A DNA stretch of 27,060 nucleotides from a virus (lineage: Duplodnaviria; Heunggongvirae; Uroviricota; Caudoviricetes). Position numbers and translations under genes: made by a program. The notes beneath the pieces are model-generated. The model did not search any database, was not told where the DNA came from, and saw only the letters and a list, made by a program, of their open reading frames with translations. Below, piece by piece: positions 7,610 to 16,968 of this stretch. Where the stretch lies: the IMG/VR virus record IMGVR_UViG_2681813321_000031; one strand, written 5' to 3'. How positions within the stretch are numbered: position 1 is the stretch's first letter; each line of letters opens with the position of its first letter.

Positions 7610-8316
7610 CACCGCTGCCAACCAATAACCTGAAATAACCCCATTTTCGGGTGATACCAGCGAGTCCCTCGCGGTTCTGCTTCCTCCATAACCCGATAAA
7701 AAGCAGCCATAAACGGTTCCACAGCAACAATTGCGCGACGTGACAACAATCCGTCCGGCGTCATGAACTCATGGGTGTCTGTAGGAATTTGATAGGCGTT
7801 CACCAGATTGCGGCATTTATCATCTGACAAACCGGTTTTTGCTTTCAGTTGGCGATATCCGGCATAGCCCTCACGAATAGTGCCCTTTTTAATTTGCTCG
7901 ACTGTTTCAGCAACGTGGCTGACTTTTTCTTCCACCTGAGTGATCCGTTTCTGTTGGCGAACGGCTTCAAGAGCCATCGCGGCAACCATTTCGATTTCGC
8001 TCATTGGCTTACGGATCTGTTCTTCCAGTTCGCGCCAGCGATCTACCAGGCGAGCAGTGAATTCAGGACAGAGCTGTGCGACGACAATGATGCTGTCGCG
8101 CTTACCTCGTTCACCTTCGAATACATACGCGCTAGAAAATCGGCGAGGCCCAAGTGATTGTTTATTCTCAATTTCCACAGTCTGTGGAAATTGGATGATT
8201 CCCTTTTTAGCCAGTGTTTCAATAGTTCTCTTAACACTATCTGGTCGGCTTCCCACCAGCTCTGCGATCTCAACGCTGGTCATGGATGCTTTGCCGTTAA
8301 AAATTGCGGTGTTCAT
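7609..8316 (-). CDS. Rha/antirepressor-like phage regulatory protein (235 aa) at the cII position
   Basis: N-terminal TSVEIAELVGSRPDSVKRTIETL resembles the Rha-type N-terminal DNA-binding motif; ATGA overlap with the upstream Cro-like gene. Confidence 0.55.
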   Translation of the reverse strand: MNTAIFNGKASMTSVEIAELVGSRPDSVKRTIETLAKKGIIQFPQTVEIENKQSLGPRRFSSAYVFEGERGKRDSIIVVAQLCPEFTARLVDRWRELEEQIRKPMSEIEMVAAMALEAVRQQKRITQVEEKVSHVAETVEQIKKGTIREGYAGYRQLKAKTGLSDDKCRNLVNAYQIPTDTHEFMTPDGLLSRRAIVAVEPFMAAFYRVMEEAEPRGTRWYHPKMGLFQVIGWQR

Positions 8317-8540
8317 TGTTGGTCTCCTGTGGGCTTGTCATCTTCTGTATTCGCTAGACTTGGGTGTGTATATGGAATGCTCGGATCCAGATGACAAAGA
8401 ATGGCAACATCCTCCGGAACACCTCGCGTTTTCCACTTTCCAACACCTTGACTGCCACGAGGCCTTCCTTTCTTTGGGAACCTGCGACCAATAGCGGCAT
8501 TGGTTTTAAATTGAATTTTTAATATTTCATAAAGGGTCAT
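8313..8540 (-). CDS. Cro/DicC-like small DNA-binding protein (75 aa)
   Basis: First gene divergent from cI across an operator-rich intergenic region; small and basic; ...FKTNAAIGRRF... resembles the Cro/DicC HTH region. Largely positional inference. Confidence 0.5.
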   Translation of the reverse strand: MTLYEILKIQFKTNAAIGRRFPKKGRPRGSQGVGKWKTRGVPEDVAILCHLDPSIPYTHPSLANTEDDKPTGDQQ

Positions 8541-8651
8541 TCTTTAGTCTCACACCAGATACTTTGTTATTCAACGATGTTAACCACAGGAATCCAAAGT
8601 ATCAAGAAATTCTGTTACTTTAGTATCAACAGCCATGAGAGGAGAAGAAAA
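8541..8651. promoter_or_regulatory. OR-like operator/promoter region between the cro-like gene and cI
   Basis: Three copies of the core AGTATCA / GATACT (8558-8564 inverted; 8598-8604 and 8622-8628 direct) in 110 bp; AGAGGAGAA Shine-Dalgarno before the cI ATG. Confidence 0.5.
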
Positions 8652-9308
8652 ATGAAGTCTTTAGGTGAACGTCTCATCAACGCACGGCAAAAAGCTGGGT
8701 TAACACAAGATGCGTTGGCTAAAAAAGCTGGGATCACCAGAGTTGCAATCAGTAAAGCCGAGCAAGGCCTTACAAAAAGTTTCAACGGTGACACCCTTTT
8801 TAAAGTTGCAGCTGCACTGCGGTGTTCACCGCAGTGGCTTCAGAACGGAGATGAAAAAGATAAGCATTGGGAAAATAATGTTAAGAGCTGCCCACAGAGA
8901 GACACAGCACACTCTTACCCTGTAATTAACTGGGTTCAGGCAGGATTATTCGCAACTTCTGGTGATGACTACAACATGTATGATCAGGATAATTGGAGGC
9001 ATTCTGTAAAATACGCTGGTGAGAGGGGGTTCTGGCTGGAAGTGCACGGAGACTCAATGACTTCGCCCGTAGGAATAACATTTCCTGAAGGAATGTCGAT
9101 CCTTGTCAACCCAGATAAAGAAGTTTTTTCAGGGTGTTACGTCATCGCCAGAAAAAAATCTACCAATGAAGCAACATTCAAAAAATATATTTCTGACATG
9201 GGAAAGGCGTTTCTAAAGCCCCTTAATCCACAATATCCAATCATAGAAATGGACAATGATTGCGAAATAGTAGGTGTTGTGGTTGATGCCAGGTGGGATA
9301 TTTTCTGA
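8652..9308 (+). CDS. CI-like prophage repressor (XRE HTH + S24 LexA-like peptidase domain)
   Basis: MKSLGERLINARQKAGLTQDALAKKAGITRVAISKAEQG is an HTH; C-terminal ...LEVHGDSMTSP...CYVIARKK... shows the S24 Ser/Lys dyad pattern; strong RBS. Track ORF starts 75 nt earlier at an alternative codon. Confidence 0.9.
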   Translation: MKSLGERLINARQKAGLTQDALAKKAGITRVAISKAEQGLTKSFNGDTLFKVAAALRCSPQWLQNGDEKDKHWENNVKSCPQRDTAHSYPVINWVQAGLFATSGDDYNMYDQDNWRHSVKYAGERGFWLEVHGDSMTSPVGITFPEGMSILVNPDKEVFSGCYVIARKKSTNEATFKKYISDMGKAFLKPLNPQYPIIEMDNDCEIVGVVVDARWDIF

Positions 9309-9411
9309 CCAGACACAAAACACAAAAAGAAACCAAAGTATCAAAAATCACTTGCCACACCTTGATACCTTAGTTACCATAAAACAAAGTTCGTAACTGA
9401 GGTATCATCCC
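9309..9411. promoter_or_regulatory. OL-like operator/promoter region downstream of cI
   Basis: The same GTATCA core recurs three times (9337-9343, 9363-9369 inverted, 9401-9407), forming an inverted pair AAGTATCAA...TTGATACCT. Confidence 0.4.
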
Positions 9412-9771
9412 ATGATCAATAAAGCTACAACTCTTGACTGTCTCGAAGAACTGAAAAACCTCGGCAGCCTCATTACACTAATAGCAAAAGCAACACCTGA
9501 TGCTACGCTCTCTAGCGATATAGAGTCATGCGCAGGACTGGCATGGGATATGACAAATAGCATATCCAGAAAGCTATCGTCAGCAATGCTTTTACAGAAC
9601 AAAAATTCTGCAATCAACAACCGTCTTCGCACCCAACGCGAAGCCTGCGGCTTAACAACCGCCGAACTCGCCAGGCTGCTCGATCTCGATGAAGAAATTA
9701 TCATCCAGTGGGAGAGCGGAGAGTATGAACCAACTATCAGTATGCTTATCCCACTGGCAAAAGATGAATAA
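9412..9771 (+). pseudogene. 3'-truncated copy of the XRE HTH gene, cut at the tandem-duplication junction
   Basis: Identical to the first 116 codons of 16969..17472, then diverges after the microhomology ccactggcaaa (9751-9761) into sequence from the DUF968 gene, ending ...LAKDE. Confidence 0.6.
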
Positions 9772-9944
9772 CGTTCCGGCTCAGGCTCCAGCAGGACACG
9801 CCCCTGCATAAACAGGGGCATCAGCTCTGAACCGGGCCTGAACAATACGATCCCCATACGCGGGGCAATTTCAGGGGTCAGTAGTGCTCTCACGGTCACC
9901 TCAGCGAACGGTATTGCATGAACGCAGAAGAAAAAATTCAGCCA

Positions 9945-10202
9945 TCACGCAGTAAACTCCTTCACCAGTATTTCAAACTGGCTTACCTGGCCTTCCAGTT
10001 CCGCCACGCAATCCACCAGCTCATCCACCGCCTTTTGTGTGCGGTGTTTTGCCAGCAGCAGATCACGCAGCGCCGGAGTAAGCTGCTTGCGGAGCGTATC
10101 CTTTGCCACGCTCGTTTTTTCCATCTGTTCAGCACAACGAAGCATCTCCTGCGCCTGCCGACGAAGTTGTTCCGGTGAAACAGTGATTGCTCTGTTGTTC
10201 AA
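9945..10202 (-). CDS. hypothetical protein (85 aa), copy B
   Basis: Identical to 2394..2651. Confidence 0.55.
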   Translation of the reverse strand: MNNRAITVSPEQLRRQAQEMLRCAEQMEKTSVAKDTLRKQLTPALRDLLLAKHRTQKAVDELVDCVAELEGQVSQFEILVKEFTA

Positions 10203-11599
10203 AATAAACGCTCCGTTTTACTGCCCGACATGCGGTTATTGCTGTATCTGCGCGGATTGCCCGGCGTCATGGGTGTGGAAAGAACCCGGGCACTCTCCTG
10301 GTCCACAGGCAGAAAATGTCCGTTATGAAAACGCCGGTAAATGGTCCCGAGCGTGCCATTACGCTGTTTCGTGATGTTGATTTCTGCTATGCCTCTGGCC
10401 TGAGTTTCCGGGTTGTATACCTCATCCCTGTAAAGCATCAGAATGATGTCGGCATCCGCCTCGATTTCCCCGGAGTTTTTCAGGTCCGAGTTCATTGGGC
10501 GTTTATTGGGTCTGGATTCCACGCCGCGGGAGAGCTGGCTCAGAGCAATCAGCGGAAAACCGCCGGATTTTGCCAGGCTTTTAAGTCCCTTTGAGATTTC
10601 CCCCACAGCAAGGTCGTGACGCCCCGTGCTGCGGGTTTTAATCAGGCCGAGGTAATCGACCACAACCAGCGCCGTTTCCGGGTGTTTCATCCGGTGGTGC
10701 TTCGTGGTTGCACATATCTCATCAATGGTCAGGTTTGCCTGGTCCACCATCCAGATATTACGCCCCGTCATTCGTCCCACGCCCTGCGAGAAACGCGCCC
10801 AGTCTTCATCTTCAAAACGGGCAACAGACTTAAGACGGGATACCGGCATTCCACCGGCAGCAGACACCATACGTTCACCAATCTGGATGTTCGCCATCTC
10901 CATGGTGAACAGAAGCACGCCATGCCCCTGCTCAGTCACCTTGTCGATGATGTCCAGCGCAAGTTCGGTTTTCCCCATCGAAGGACGGGCGGCAATGAAT
11001 ACCAGGTCTCCGGGCTCCATACCGCCCGTTTTTGCGTCCAGTTCATCAATACCGGTCATCAGCGCCCTGGATTTCTCCAGTCCCTGATTGCGGCATTCAA
11101 CACGGTCGACCACTTCCGGAAGGACATCATCAATGTGAACCGGCTGAATGACGCCCTTTCCGGTCGACAGTGAGGCCATCATGTTCTGCGCATCCTTCAG
11201 GGCATCCTCGGCTGCTTCACAGGTATACGCATCACGTAAATTCTGTAATGCTTCAGTCAGTGTTTTTTCTGCATCGCGCAGTGCGGCATTGCGCCGCAAC
11301 GCTGCGACATAGTGCTCCAGTGAAGACTTCACCCAGGTTTTGCGTCCGGTGTCGGTAATCACCGGGGCAAGTTCCGGCATCTCATTGCACAGCAGTACGG
11401 GGTCAATGACGCCGAATATGCGAGCCTGTCTGCAAATCCCCGCGTAAATATCCCGGTACTGACGCACAAAAAATACATCCGCCGGAAGTGTGGCCAGAAT
11501 ATCCATCACTTCCGGATCGGCCCCACGCAGAAAAAACGCACCGATGACAGCGCCTTCCAGGTCATCGTTACGCCATGCCGGGGTGTTCTGGCTGGTCAT
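10199..11599 (-). CDS. DnaB-family replicative helicase, copy B
   Basis: Identical protein to 2648..4048. Confidence 0.95.
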   Translation of the reverse strand: MTSQNTPAWRNDDLEGAVIGAFFLRGADPEVMDILATLPADVFFVRQYRDIYAGICRQARIFGVIDPVLLCNEMPELAPVITDTGRKTWVKSSLEHYVAALRRNAALRDAEKTLTEALQNLRDAYTCEAAEDALKDAQNMMASLSTGKGVIQPVHIDDVLPEVVDRVECRNQGLEKSRALMTGIDELDAKTGGMEPGDLVFIAARPSMGKTELALDIIDKVTEQGHGVLLFTMEMANIQIGERMVSAAGGMPVSRLKSVARFEDEDWARFSQGVGRMTGRNIWMVDQANLTIDEICATTKHHRMKHPETALVVVDYLGLIKTRSTGRHDLAVGEISKGLKSLAKSGGFPLIALSQLSRGVESRPNKRPMNSDLKNSGEIEADADIILMLYRDEVYNPETQARGIAEINITKQRNGTLGTIYRRFHNGHFLPVDQESARVLSTPMTPGNPRRYSNNRMSGSKTERLF

Positions 11600-12504
11600 G
11601 CGGCAACACCTCCGATACGAGAACGGTAGCTGGGCCAGTTAAACGACAACCAGTTGCGCCCGCCATCGGTGATCCTGTCGGCAATCCGGGGACTGATGAA
11701 CGCCCACAATTCTTCCGGTGAAAGGTTGCTGATCAGGATAGTTGGCAAAATACCCTCATACCGGGCATTGATAATTTCCTGCAAAATGGCCATTTCAGCC
11801 GCACTGCCAAACTGAACGCCGACTTCGTCGACAATCAGCAAATCCAGTGACGCATAATGCTCAATGACGTCATCCGCTGTTTTTTCACTGTCATTCCGCC
11901 AGCAGTTTTTCACAGCCCGGGTAAGGCGCATCACGTCGGTGATCTCCACACTGGCCAGATAGTTACGGATGATGTGTTTTGCCATTGATACCGCCAGATG
12001 ATTTTTCCCGGTACCGCAACTGCCGGTCATAACAAGACTGGTACCGTTCTCCAGCATATCTGGCCAGTTCTCCGCATAGCGGCGACAGGCCGCAAGATTT
12101 CTGGCTGCGTCAGGATTAACCTCCAGATAATTATCAAACTCGCAGTCCCGAAAACGCAGAGCAATTCCGGCGTTATCAGTCAGTTCTTCCGCCTTGAGGG
12201 ACGACAGTTCCATGGTCAAATCACTGGCCTCAGCGATCAAGCAGTCAGGGCAGCATGAAATTTTTTCTCTGTCCTCGCCATTACGATCGATCCACACCAG
12301 TATATGCGTACGATATTTACCGTGTTTTTCGCAATATCCGCGACCTTCACGCATCAGGCAGGAACGATAAGGCCATGGCTTTTCGCCCTTCTGAGCAAAT
12401 GCAATCTCTGCCCGTAACTCATCCATTTCTGCCCGTAACTCATCCATTCGCGCCTGTAGTCTTGTTTGTTTCTCACGTTGGTCAATCGTCATCATCGCTG
12501 TCAC
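11596..12504 (-). CDS. DnaC/IstB-like helicase loader, copy B
   Basis: Identical protein to 4045..4953. Confidence 0.85.
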   Translation of the reverse strand: MTAMMTIDQREKQTRLQARMDELRAEMDELRAEIAFAQKGEKPWPYRSCLMREGRGYCEKHGKYRTHILVWIDRNGEDREKISCCPDCLIAEASDLTMELSSLKAEELTDNAGIALRFRDCEFDNYLEVNPDAARNLAACRRYAENWPDMLENGTSLVMTGSCGTGKNHLAVSMAKHIIRNYLASVEITDVMRLTRAVKNCWRNDSEKTADDVIEHYASLDLLIVDEVGVQFGSAAEMAILQEIINARYEGILPTILISNLSPEELWAFISPRIADRITDGGRNWLSFNWPSYRSRIGGVAA

Positions 12505-12505
12505 C

Positions 12506-13498
12506 TCAGAATGTCAATTTGTTACTGGATTTACCGAATTTGTCCGACATGGCTCCCAGGCCAGCCAGGACATCGACCTGTCGCTGTCGCCCACCTCCGT
12601 GAGCGGCTGGCTGTTGCCAGTAATCTTCGAAGTGACGATCGGGTCCAAAGAACGTCGCAGCCTGCTTCACGAACTGTGTGCCGATATTTCCTGTAGCACG
12701 TACCCAGGCGGCATACCGCTTCACGCCATCAAGCATGGTCTCCGGTTTTATTCCCTCCCTGATACGGGCTTTCCAGGCTTTGAAGGCTGCTGACTTGGAA
12801 TTGCCACCAGCACGTTTGGGATATTCCTGCCAGGCCTGTTCAAATTCCGGTGAATATTCCTGTCGGGCAGAACGCGCTGGCGCAGACGCGTCAGCGGATG
12901 CATCAATAGTGTTTTTAGTCTCCGTTGTAATCTCTGTAGTAATCTCTGTATTTGTATCAACATTCGGCGTATCCCCTGTTCCGTTATGACGTCGGGGGGT
13001 GTTCCGTTTTAACGTAATAGCTGTATCGCTGATTGCATTATTGCTGTTACTTTCTGGCGAAACAGAAGAAGGTGTGGTGATGGCCGCAATTGCCTGTGGG
13101 TTGATCCCGACAAACAAAATATTGCTGCATTTCACCCCATCGAGCATTTCCACCGTGCGTAAATCCAGAGTAATAAACCCTGCATCGCGCAGACGCTTCA
13201 GCGCATCTGCGGTTTCCCTTTTCCCGAAACCAAACTGCTCAGCAAACGCCTGGTAGCTTCTTTGCAGTTTGTCGCCCTGAAAACGCTTGCGATATCCCAG
13301 CAACGCTCCGGTGTGCTCATCCCTGACCTCTGTCGGGCGGTACCAGTAAACGATCTCTGAAAGCAGAGCGATAGCCGTCGCATCCGGACGCCCACTGGGT
13401 AGTCGAATATATTTCCACCAGTTCGCAGGTGTAACATTGCCGGAAATATTAATTTGACCAATAGCCATAACTTCCGGTGTGGGGGCGTAACGGCTCAT
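12506..13498 (-). CDS. putative replication initiator (O-like), copy B
   Basis: Identical protein to 4955..5947. Confidence 0.55.
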   Translation of the reverse strand: MSRYAPTPEVMAIGQINISGNVTPANWWKYIRLPSGRPDATAIALLSEIVYWYRPTEVRDEHTGALLGYRKRFQGDKLQRSYQAFAEQFGFGKRETADALKRLRDAGFITLDLRTVEMLDGVKCSNILFVGINPQAIAAITTPSSVSPESNSNNAISDTAITLKRNTPRRHNGTGDTPNVDTNTEITTEITTETKNTIDASADASAPARSARQEYSPEFEQAWQEYPKRAGGNSKSAAFKAWKARIREGIKPETMLDGVKRYAAWVRATGNIGTQFVKQAATFFGPDRHFEDYWQQPAAHGGGRQRQVDVLAGLGAMSDKFGKSSNKLTF

Positions 13499-13794
13499 AC
13501 AACCTCCTTCCGCGGCATGAGAATTGTGTAGCCACGCGCAGGTTGTAGTCTGGCTTTTGCATCAATAGTAAGCGTTGCAATTTTTCGGATATGAAGATAA
13601 CCAGCTCTTTCCAGTGCCAGGGTTTCCCTGAATATCGCTTGCTTAGAACAACAGCAGAAATCAGCAAGCACCTGATGATCAATAACTCTCTCGCCTTCAC
13701 CGTCTGAAGAACCCGACATCAAAACACGCAACATAATCAGGCGCTGAATCGGGTTATCGAAAGCACATCCGCACACAAACTGAAAACAGTTCAC
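13495..13794 (-). CDS. hypothetical protein, copy B
   Basis: Identical to 5944..6243. Confidence 0.45.
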   Translation of the reverse strand: MNCFQFVCGCAFDNPIQRLIMLRVLMSGSSDGEGERVIDHQVLADFCCCSKQAIFRETLALERAGYLHIRKIATLTIDAKARLQPARGYTILMPRKEVV

Positions 13795-14015
13795 GCCACA
13801 CCTCCCAGACGCTTAAACATTTTTCCAGACAGAAATACCGCCAGAGGGTAACTGATGGTGTAGCTACGCCCCTGTAGTTCGCACACGACTTTCTGGCTTT
13901 CAGCGTTGACTAGGCAAACCCGCAGAACGTGACCGTTGCTGGTGGCGAACCACTGCCCCACACGGGGGCAACGGTTGTATCGGTGATACAGGGAATTAAC
14001 GATGTGGCGGATCAT
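13791..14015 (-). CDS. hypothetical protein, copy B
   Basis: Identical to 6240..6464. Confidence 0.4.
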   Translation of the reverse strand: MIRHIVNSLYHRYNRCPRVGQWFATSNGHVLRVCLVNAESQKVVCELQGRSYTISYPLAVFLSGKMFKRLGGVA

Positions 14016-14206
14016 GGACGCACCTCCACCGTAGTTACGTATTTAACCGGGCTACCTTTCATTGAGATGGTTTCACACATCTCTGCCGCTTTCAGTTCCG
14101 CTGTTTTTCTGGATTTATAGCGACGGTGCCAGACAGATACATCCGTGCGAACTGATACATCGTTTCTGTATTCCGTAGTGGAGATGATGATTTCGTAACT
14201 AATCAT
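14012..14206 (-). CDS. hypothetical protein, copy B
   Basis: Identical to 6461..6655. Confidence 0.4.
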   Translation of the reverse strand: MISYEIIISTTEYRNDVSVRTDVSVWHRRYKSRKTAELKAAEMCETISMKGSPVKYVTTVEVRP

Positions 14207-14754
14207 GGGCGAACCTCCTTGTCAGAACCATTCAGCCTGGAATCAACAAGTGCAGCGCCAAAAACAGCATCACCAACACGGTCGTACAGTTTGCTAGCCA
14301 GCGGAGATTCAACGGCCTTAAGCATTGGATAAAGCTGGCTTGTCCAGATTTGATGGATTTCACGCAAATGCAGGTATACGCCTCTGGCGTTTCGTGCGAC
14401 AGCTGACATATCAGACGTATCGGCACCTGATAAACTCTTCTCCATCAGGTTAAAGGCGTTGATGTATGCCTCTTTGAACCGGGCAGCACGTTTACCAGTG
14501 AAGCCCATGGCAAGGAACGCGAAGCCATCGCGGGTGATTTGATAGCAAGGTAGTTTGCGGCCTGATGCGTCGGTGTATTCACTTAACACAAAATTGTGTT
14601 CAGTAAATTCAGCGGAACATTCGAGGTTTCTAATTCTATCTAAAACCCGCTCATGCCGTTTAGTAAAGTAATTAGCTACTGCAAGAGATGTGGTGACAAC
14701 GCGACCATTGATAATCGTGATTTCAGGGTGAGATTGGGTTGGGAGAGTAGTCAT
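14203..14754 (-). CDS. rha: phage regulatory protein Rha, divergent allele (core from ATG 14752-14754; track ORF extends to 15057)
   Basis: C-terminal half identical to copy A; the N-terminal Rha domain carries many substitutions (e.g. KQHKNVIQKIQTL vs KRHERVLDRIRNL). Confidence 0.8.
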   Translation of the reverse strand: MTTLPTQSHPEITIINGRVVTTSLAVANYFTKRHERVLDRIRNLECSAEFTEHNFVLSEYTDASGRKLPCYQITRDGFAFLAMGFTGKRAARFKEAYINAFNLMEKSLSGADTSDMSAVARNARGVYLHLREIHQIWTSQLYPMLKAVESPLASKLYDRVGDAVFGAALVDSRLNGSDKEVRP

Positions 14755-14814
14755 GGTGACAGCCCCTATGTTGAATTCAATGAACTCACCACCAAGGCTT
14801 TCCACGACCATATA

Positions 14815-14893
14815 GGTGGTGAGACGTACAGGGGTGGAAATACCGGTCAACATAGAACCCGGCCCAACCGAAGTTGGCCCTGCACGCCCCACC
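14815..14893 (-). ncRNA. candidate structured RNA element, copy B (covarying with 7261..7339)
   Basis: P1 strands identical to copy A; P2 is CCAAC-UUCG-GUUGG (plus strand 14864-14877); P3 retains the CCGG...CCGG pairing with a diverged loop. Confidence 0.45.
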
Positions 14894-14924
14894 ATAATTT
14901 GGGCGTAACGATGCTCATGACACG

Positions 14925-14946
14925 AAAAAACCGCATGAGCGCGGTT
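14925..14946 (-). terminator. intrinsic terminator-like hairpin + U tract, copy B
   Basis: Minus-strand AACCGC-GCUCAU-GCGGUU followed by UUUU; same stem as copy A, different loop. Confidence 0.4.
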
Positions 14947-15140
14947 GTGCTCTATATTGAATTTCGGGTTTCCACGCCCGGCACCCGCTTTATAAGGTGC
15001 CTGAGCAGTGTAACGTCCCGGAATTGCAGAATCAATATTTGGTCTTGAAATGATCATATAGCTGCTGATATCTTTAGAACTGTTCTTGGATGTTTCGGAG
15101 CCGTTTTATGCGAAACAGCTCCCCGTTATTGATGTTGAGT

Positions 15141-15166
15141 GAGCCGGGTTACTCCCGGCTTTTTTT
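15141..15166 (+). terminator. plus-strand intrinsic terminator, copy B
   Basis: Identical to 7584..7609. Confidence 0.45.
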
Positions 15167-15873
15167 CACCGCTGCCAACCAATAACCTGAAATAACCCCA
15201 TTTTCGGGTGATACCAGCGAGTCCCTCGCGGTTCTGCTTCCTCCATAACCCGATAAAAAGCAGCCATAAACGGTTCCACAGCAACAATTGCGCGACGTGA
15301 CAACAATCCGTCCGGCGTCATGAACTCATGGGTGTCTGTAGGAATTTGATAGGCGTTCACCAGATTGCGGCATTTATCATCTGACAAACCGGTTTTTGCT
15401 TTCAGTTGGCGATATCCGGCATAGCCCTCACGAATAGTGCCCTTTTTAATTTGCTCGACTGTTTCAGCAACGTGGCTGACTTTTTCTTCCACCTGAGTGA
15501 TCCGTTTCTGTTGGCGAACGGCTTCAAGAGCCATCGCGGCAACCATTTCGATTTCGCTCATTGGCTTACGGATCTGTTCTTCCAGTTCGCGCCAGCGATC
15601 TACCAGGCGAGCAGTGAATTCAGGACAGAGCTGTGCGACGACAATGATGCTGTCGCGCTTACCTCGTTCACCTTCGAATACATACGCGCTAGAAAATCGG
15701 CGAGGCCCAAGTGATTGTTTATTCTCAATTTCCACAGTCTGTGGAAATTGGATGATTCCCTTTTTAGCCAGTGTTTCAATAGTTCTCTTAACACTATCTG
15801 GTCGGCTTCCCACCAGCTCTGCGATCTCAACGCTGGTCATGGATGCTTTGCCGTTAAAAATTGCGGTGTTCAT
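15166..15873 (-). CDS. Rha/antirepressor-like regulatory protein (235 aa), copy B
   Basis: Identical to 7609..8316. Confidence 0.55.
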   Translation of the reverse strand: MNTAIFNGKASMTSVEIAELVGSRPDSVKRTIETLAKKGIIQFPQTVEIENKQSLGPRRFSSAYVFEGERGKRDSIIVVAQLCPEFTARLVDRWRELEEQIRKPMSEIEMVAAMALEAVRQQKRITQVEEKVSHVAETVEQIKKGTIREGYAGYRQLKAKTGLSDDKCRNLVNAYQIPTDTHEFMTPDGLLSRRAIVAVEPFMAAFYRVMEEAEPRGTRWYHPKMGLFQVIGWQR

Positions 15874-16097
15874 TGTTGGTCTCCTGTGGGCTTGTCATCT
15901 TCTGTATTCGCTAGACTTGGGTGTGTATATGGAATGCTCGGATCCAGATGACAAAGAATGGCAACATCCTCCGGAACACCTCGCGTTTTCCACTTTCCAA
16001 CACCTTGACTGCCACGAGGCCTTCCTTTCTTTGGGAACCTGCGACCAATAGCGGCATTGGTTTTAAATTGAATTTTTAATATTTCATAAAGGGTCAT
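15870..16097 (-). CDS. Cro/DicC-like protein, copy B
   Basis: Identical to 8313..8540. Confidence 0.5.
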   Translation of the reverse strand: MTLYEILKIQFKTNAAIGRRFPKKGRPRGSQGVGKWKTRGVPEDVAILCHLDPSIPYTHPSLANTEDDKPTGDQQ

Positions 16098-16208
16098 TCT
16101 TTAGTCTCACACCAGATACTTTGTTATTCAACGATGTTAACCACAGGAATCCAAAGTATCAAGAAATTCTGTTACTTTAGTATCAACAGCCATGAGAGGA
16201 GAAGAAAA
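16098..16208. promoter_or_regulatory. OR-like operator region, copy B
   Basis: Identical to 8541..8651. Confidence 0.5.
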
Positions 16209-16865
16209 ATGAAGTCTTTAGGTGAACGTCTCATCAACGCACGGCAAAAAGCTGGGTTAACACAAGATGCGTTGGCTAAAAAAGCTGGGATCACCAGAGT
16301 TGCAATCAGTAAAGCCGAGCAAGGCCTTACAAAAAGTTTCAACGGTGACACCCTTTTTAAAGTTGCAGCTGCACTGCGGTGTTCACCGCAGTGGCTTCAG
16401 AACGGAGATGAAAAAGATAAGCATTGGGAAAATAATGTTAAGAGCTGCCCACAGAGAGACACAGCACACTCTTACCCTGTAATTAACTGGGTTCAGGCAG
16501 GATTATTCGCAACTTCTGGTGATGACTACAACATGTATGATCAGGATAATTGGAGGCATTCTGTAAAATACGCTGGTGAGAGGGGGTTCTGGCTGGAAGT
16601 GCACGGAGACTCAATGACTTCGCCCGTAGGAATAACATTTCCTGAAGGAATGTCGATCCTTGTCAACCCAGATAAAGAAGTTTTTTCAGGGTGTTACGTC
16701 ATCGCCAGAAAAAAATCTACCAATGAAGCAACATTCAAAAAATATATTTCTGACATGGGAAAGGCGTTTCTAAAGCCCCTTAATCCACAATATCCAATCA
16801 TAGAAATGGACAATGATTGCGAAATAGTAGGTGTTGTGGTTGATGCCAGGTGGGATATTTTCTGA
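16209..16865 (+). CDS. CI-like repressor, copy B
   Basis: Identical to 8652..9308. Confidence 0.9.
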   Translation: MKSLGERLINARQKAGLTQDALAKKAGITRVAISKAEQGLTKSFNGDTLFKVAAALRCSPQWLQNGDEKDKHWENNVKSCPQRDTAHSYPVINWVQAGLFATSGDDYNMYDQDNWRHSVKYAGERGFWLEVHGDSMTSPVGITFPEGMSILVNPDKEVFSGCYVIARKKSTNEATFKKYISDMGKAFLKPLNPQYPIIEMDNDCEIVGVVVDARWDIF

Positions 16866-16968
16866 CCAGACACAAAACACAAAAAGAAACCAAAGTATCA
16901 AAAATCACTTGCCACACCTTGATACCTTAGTTACCATAAAACAAAGTTCGTAACTGAGGTATCATCCC
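16866..16968. promoter_or_regulatory. OL-like operator region, copy B
   Basis: Identical to 9309..9411. Confidence 0.4.

Larger units (their letters stand above)
2200..9750. repeat. tandem repeat unit A (7551 bp)
   Basis: Sequence from 2211 onward recurs from 9762 (offset 7551), and from the rha region onward at offset 7557; the track ORFs in both copies give identical proteins except rha. Confidence 0.95.

Noticed and set aside
9405-9899. 164-aa minus-strand ORF spanning the duplication junction
   Set aside because: It is a chimera of the first ~50 codons of the DUF968 gene fused to the antisense of the HTH gene, created by the junction; low-complexity product.
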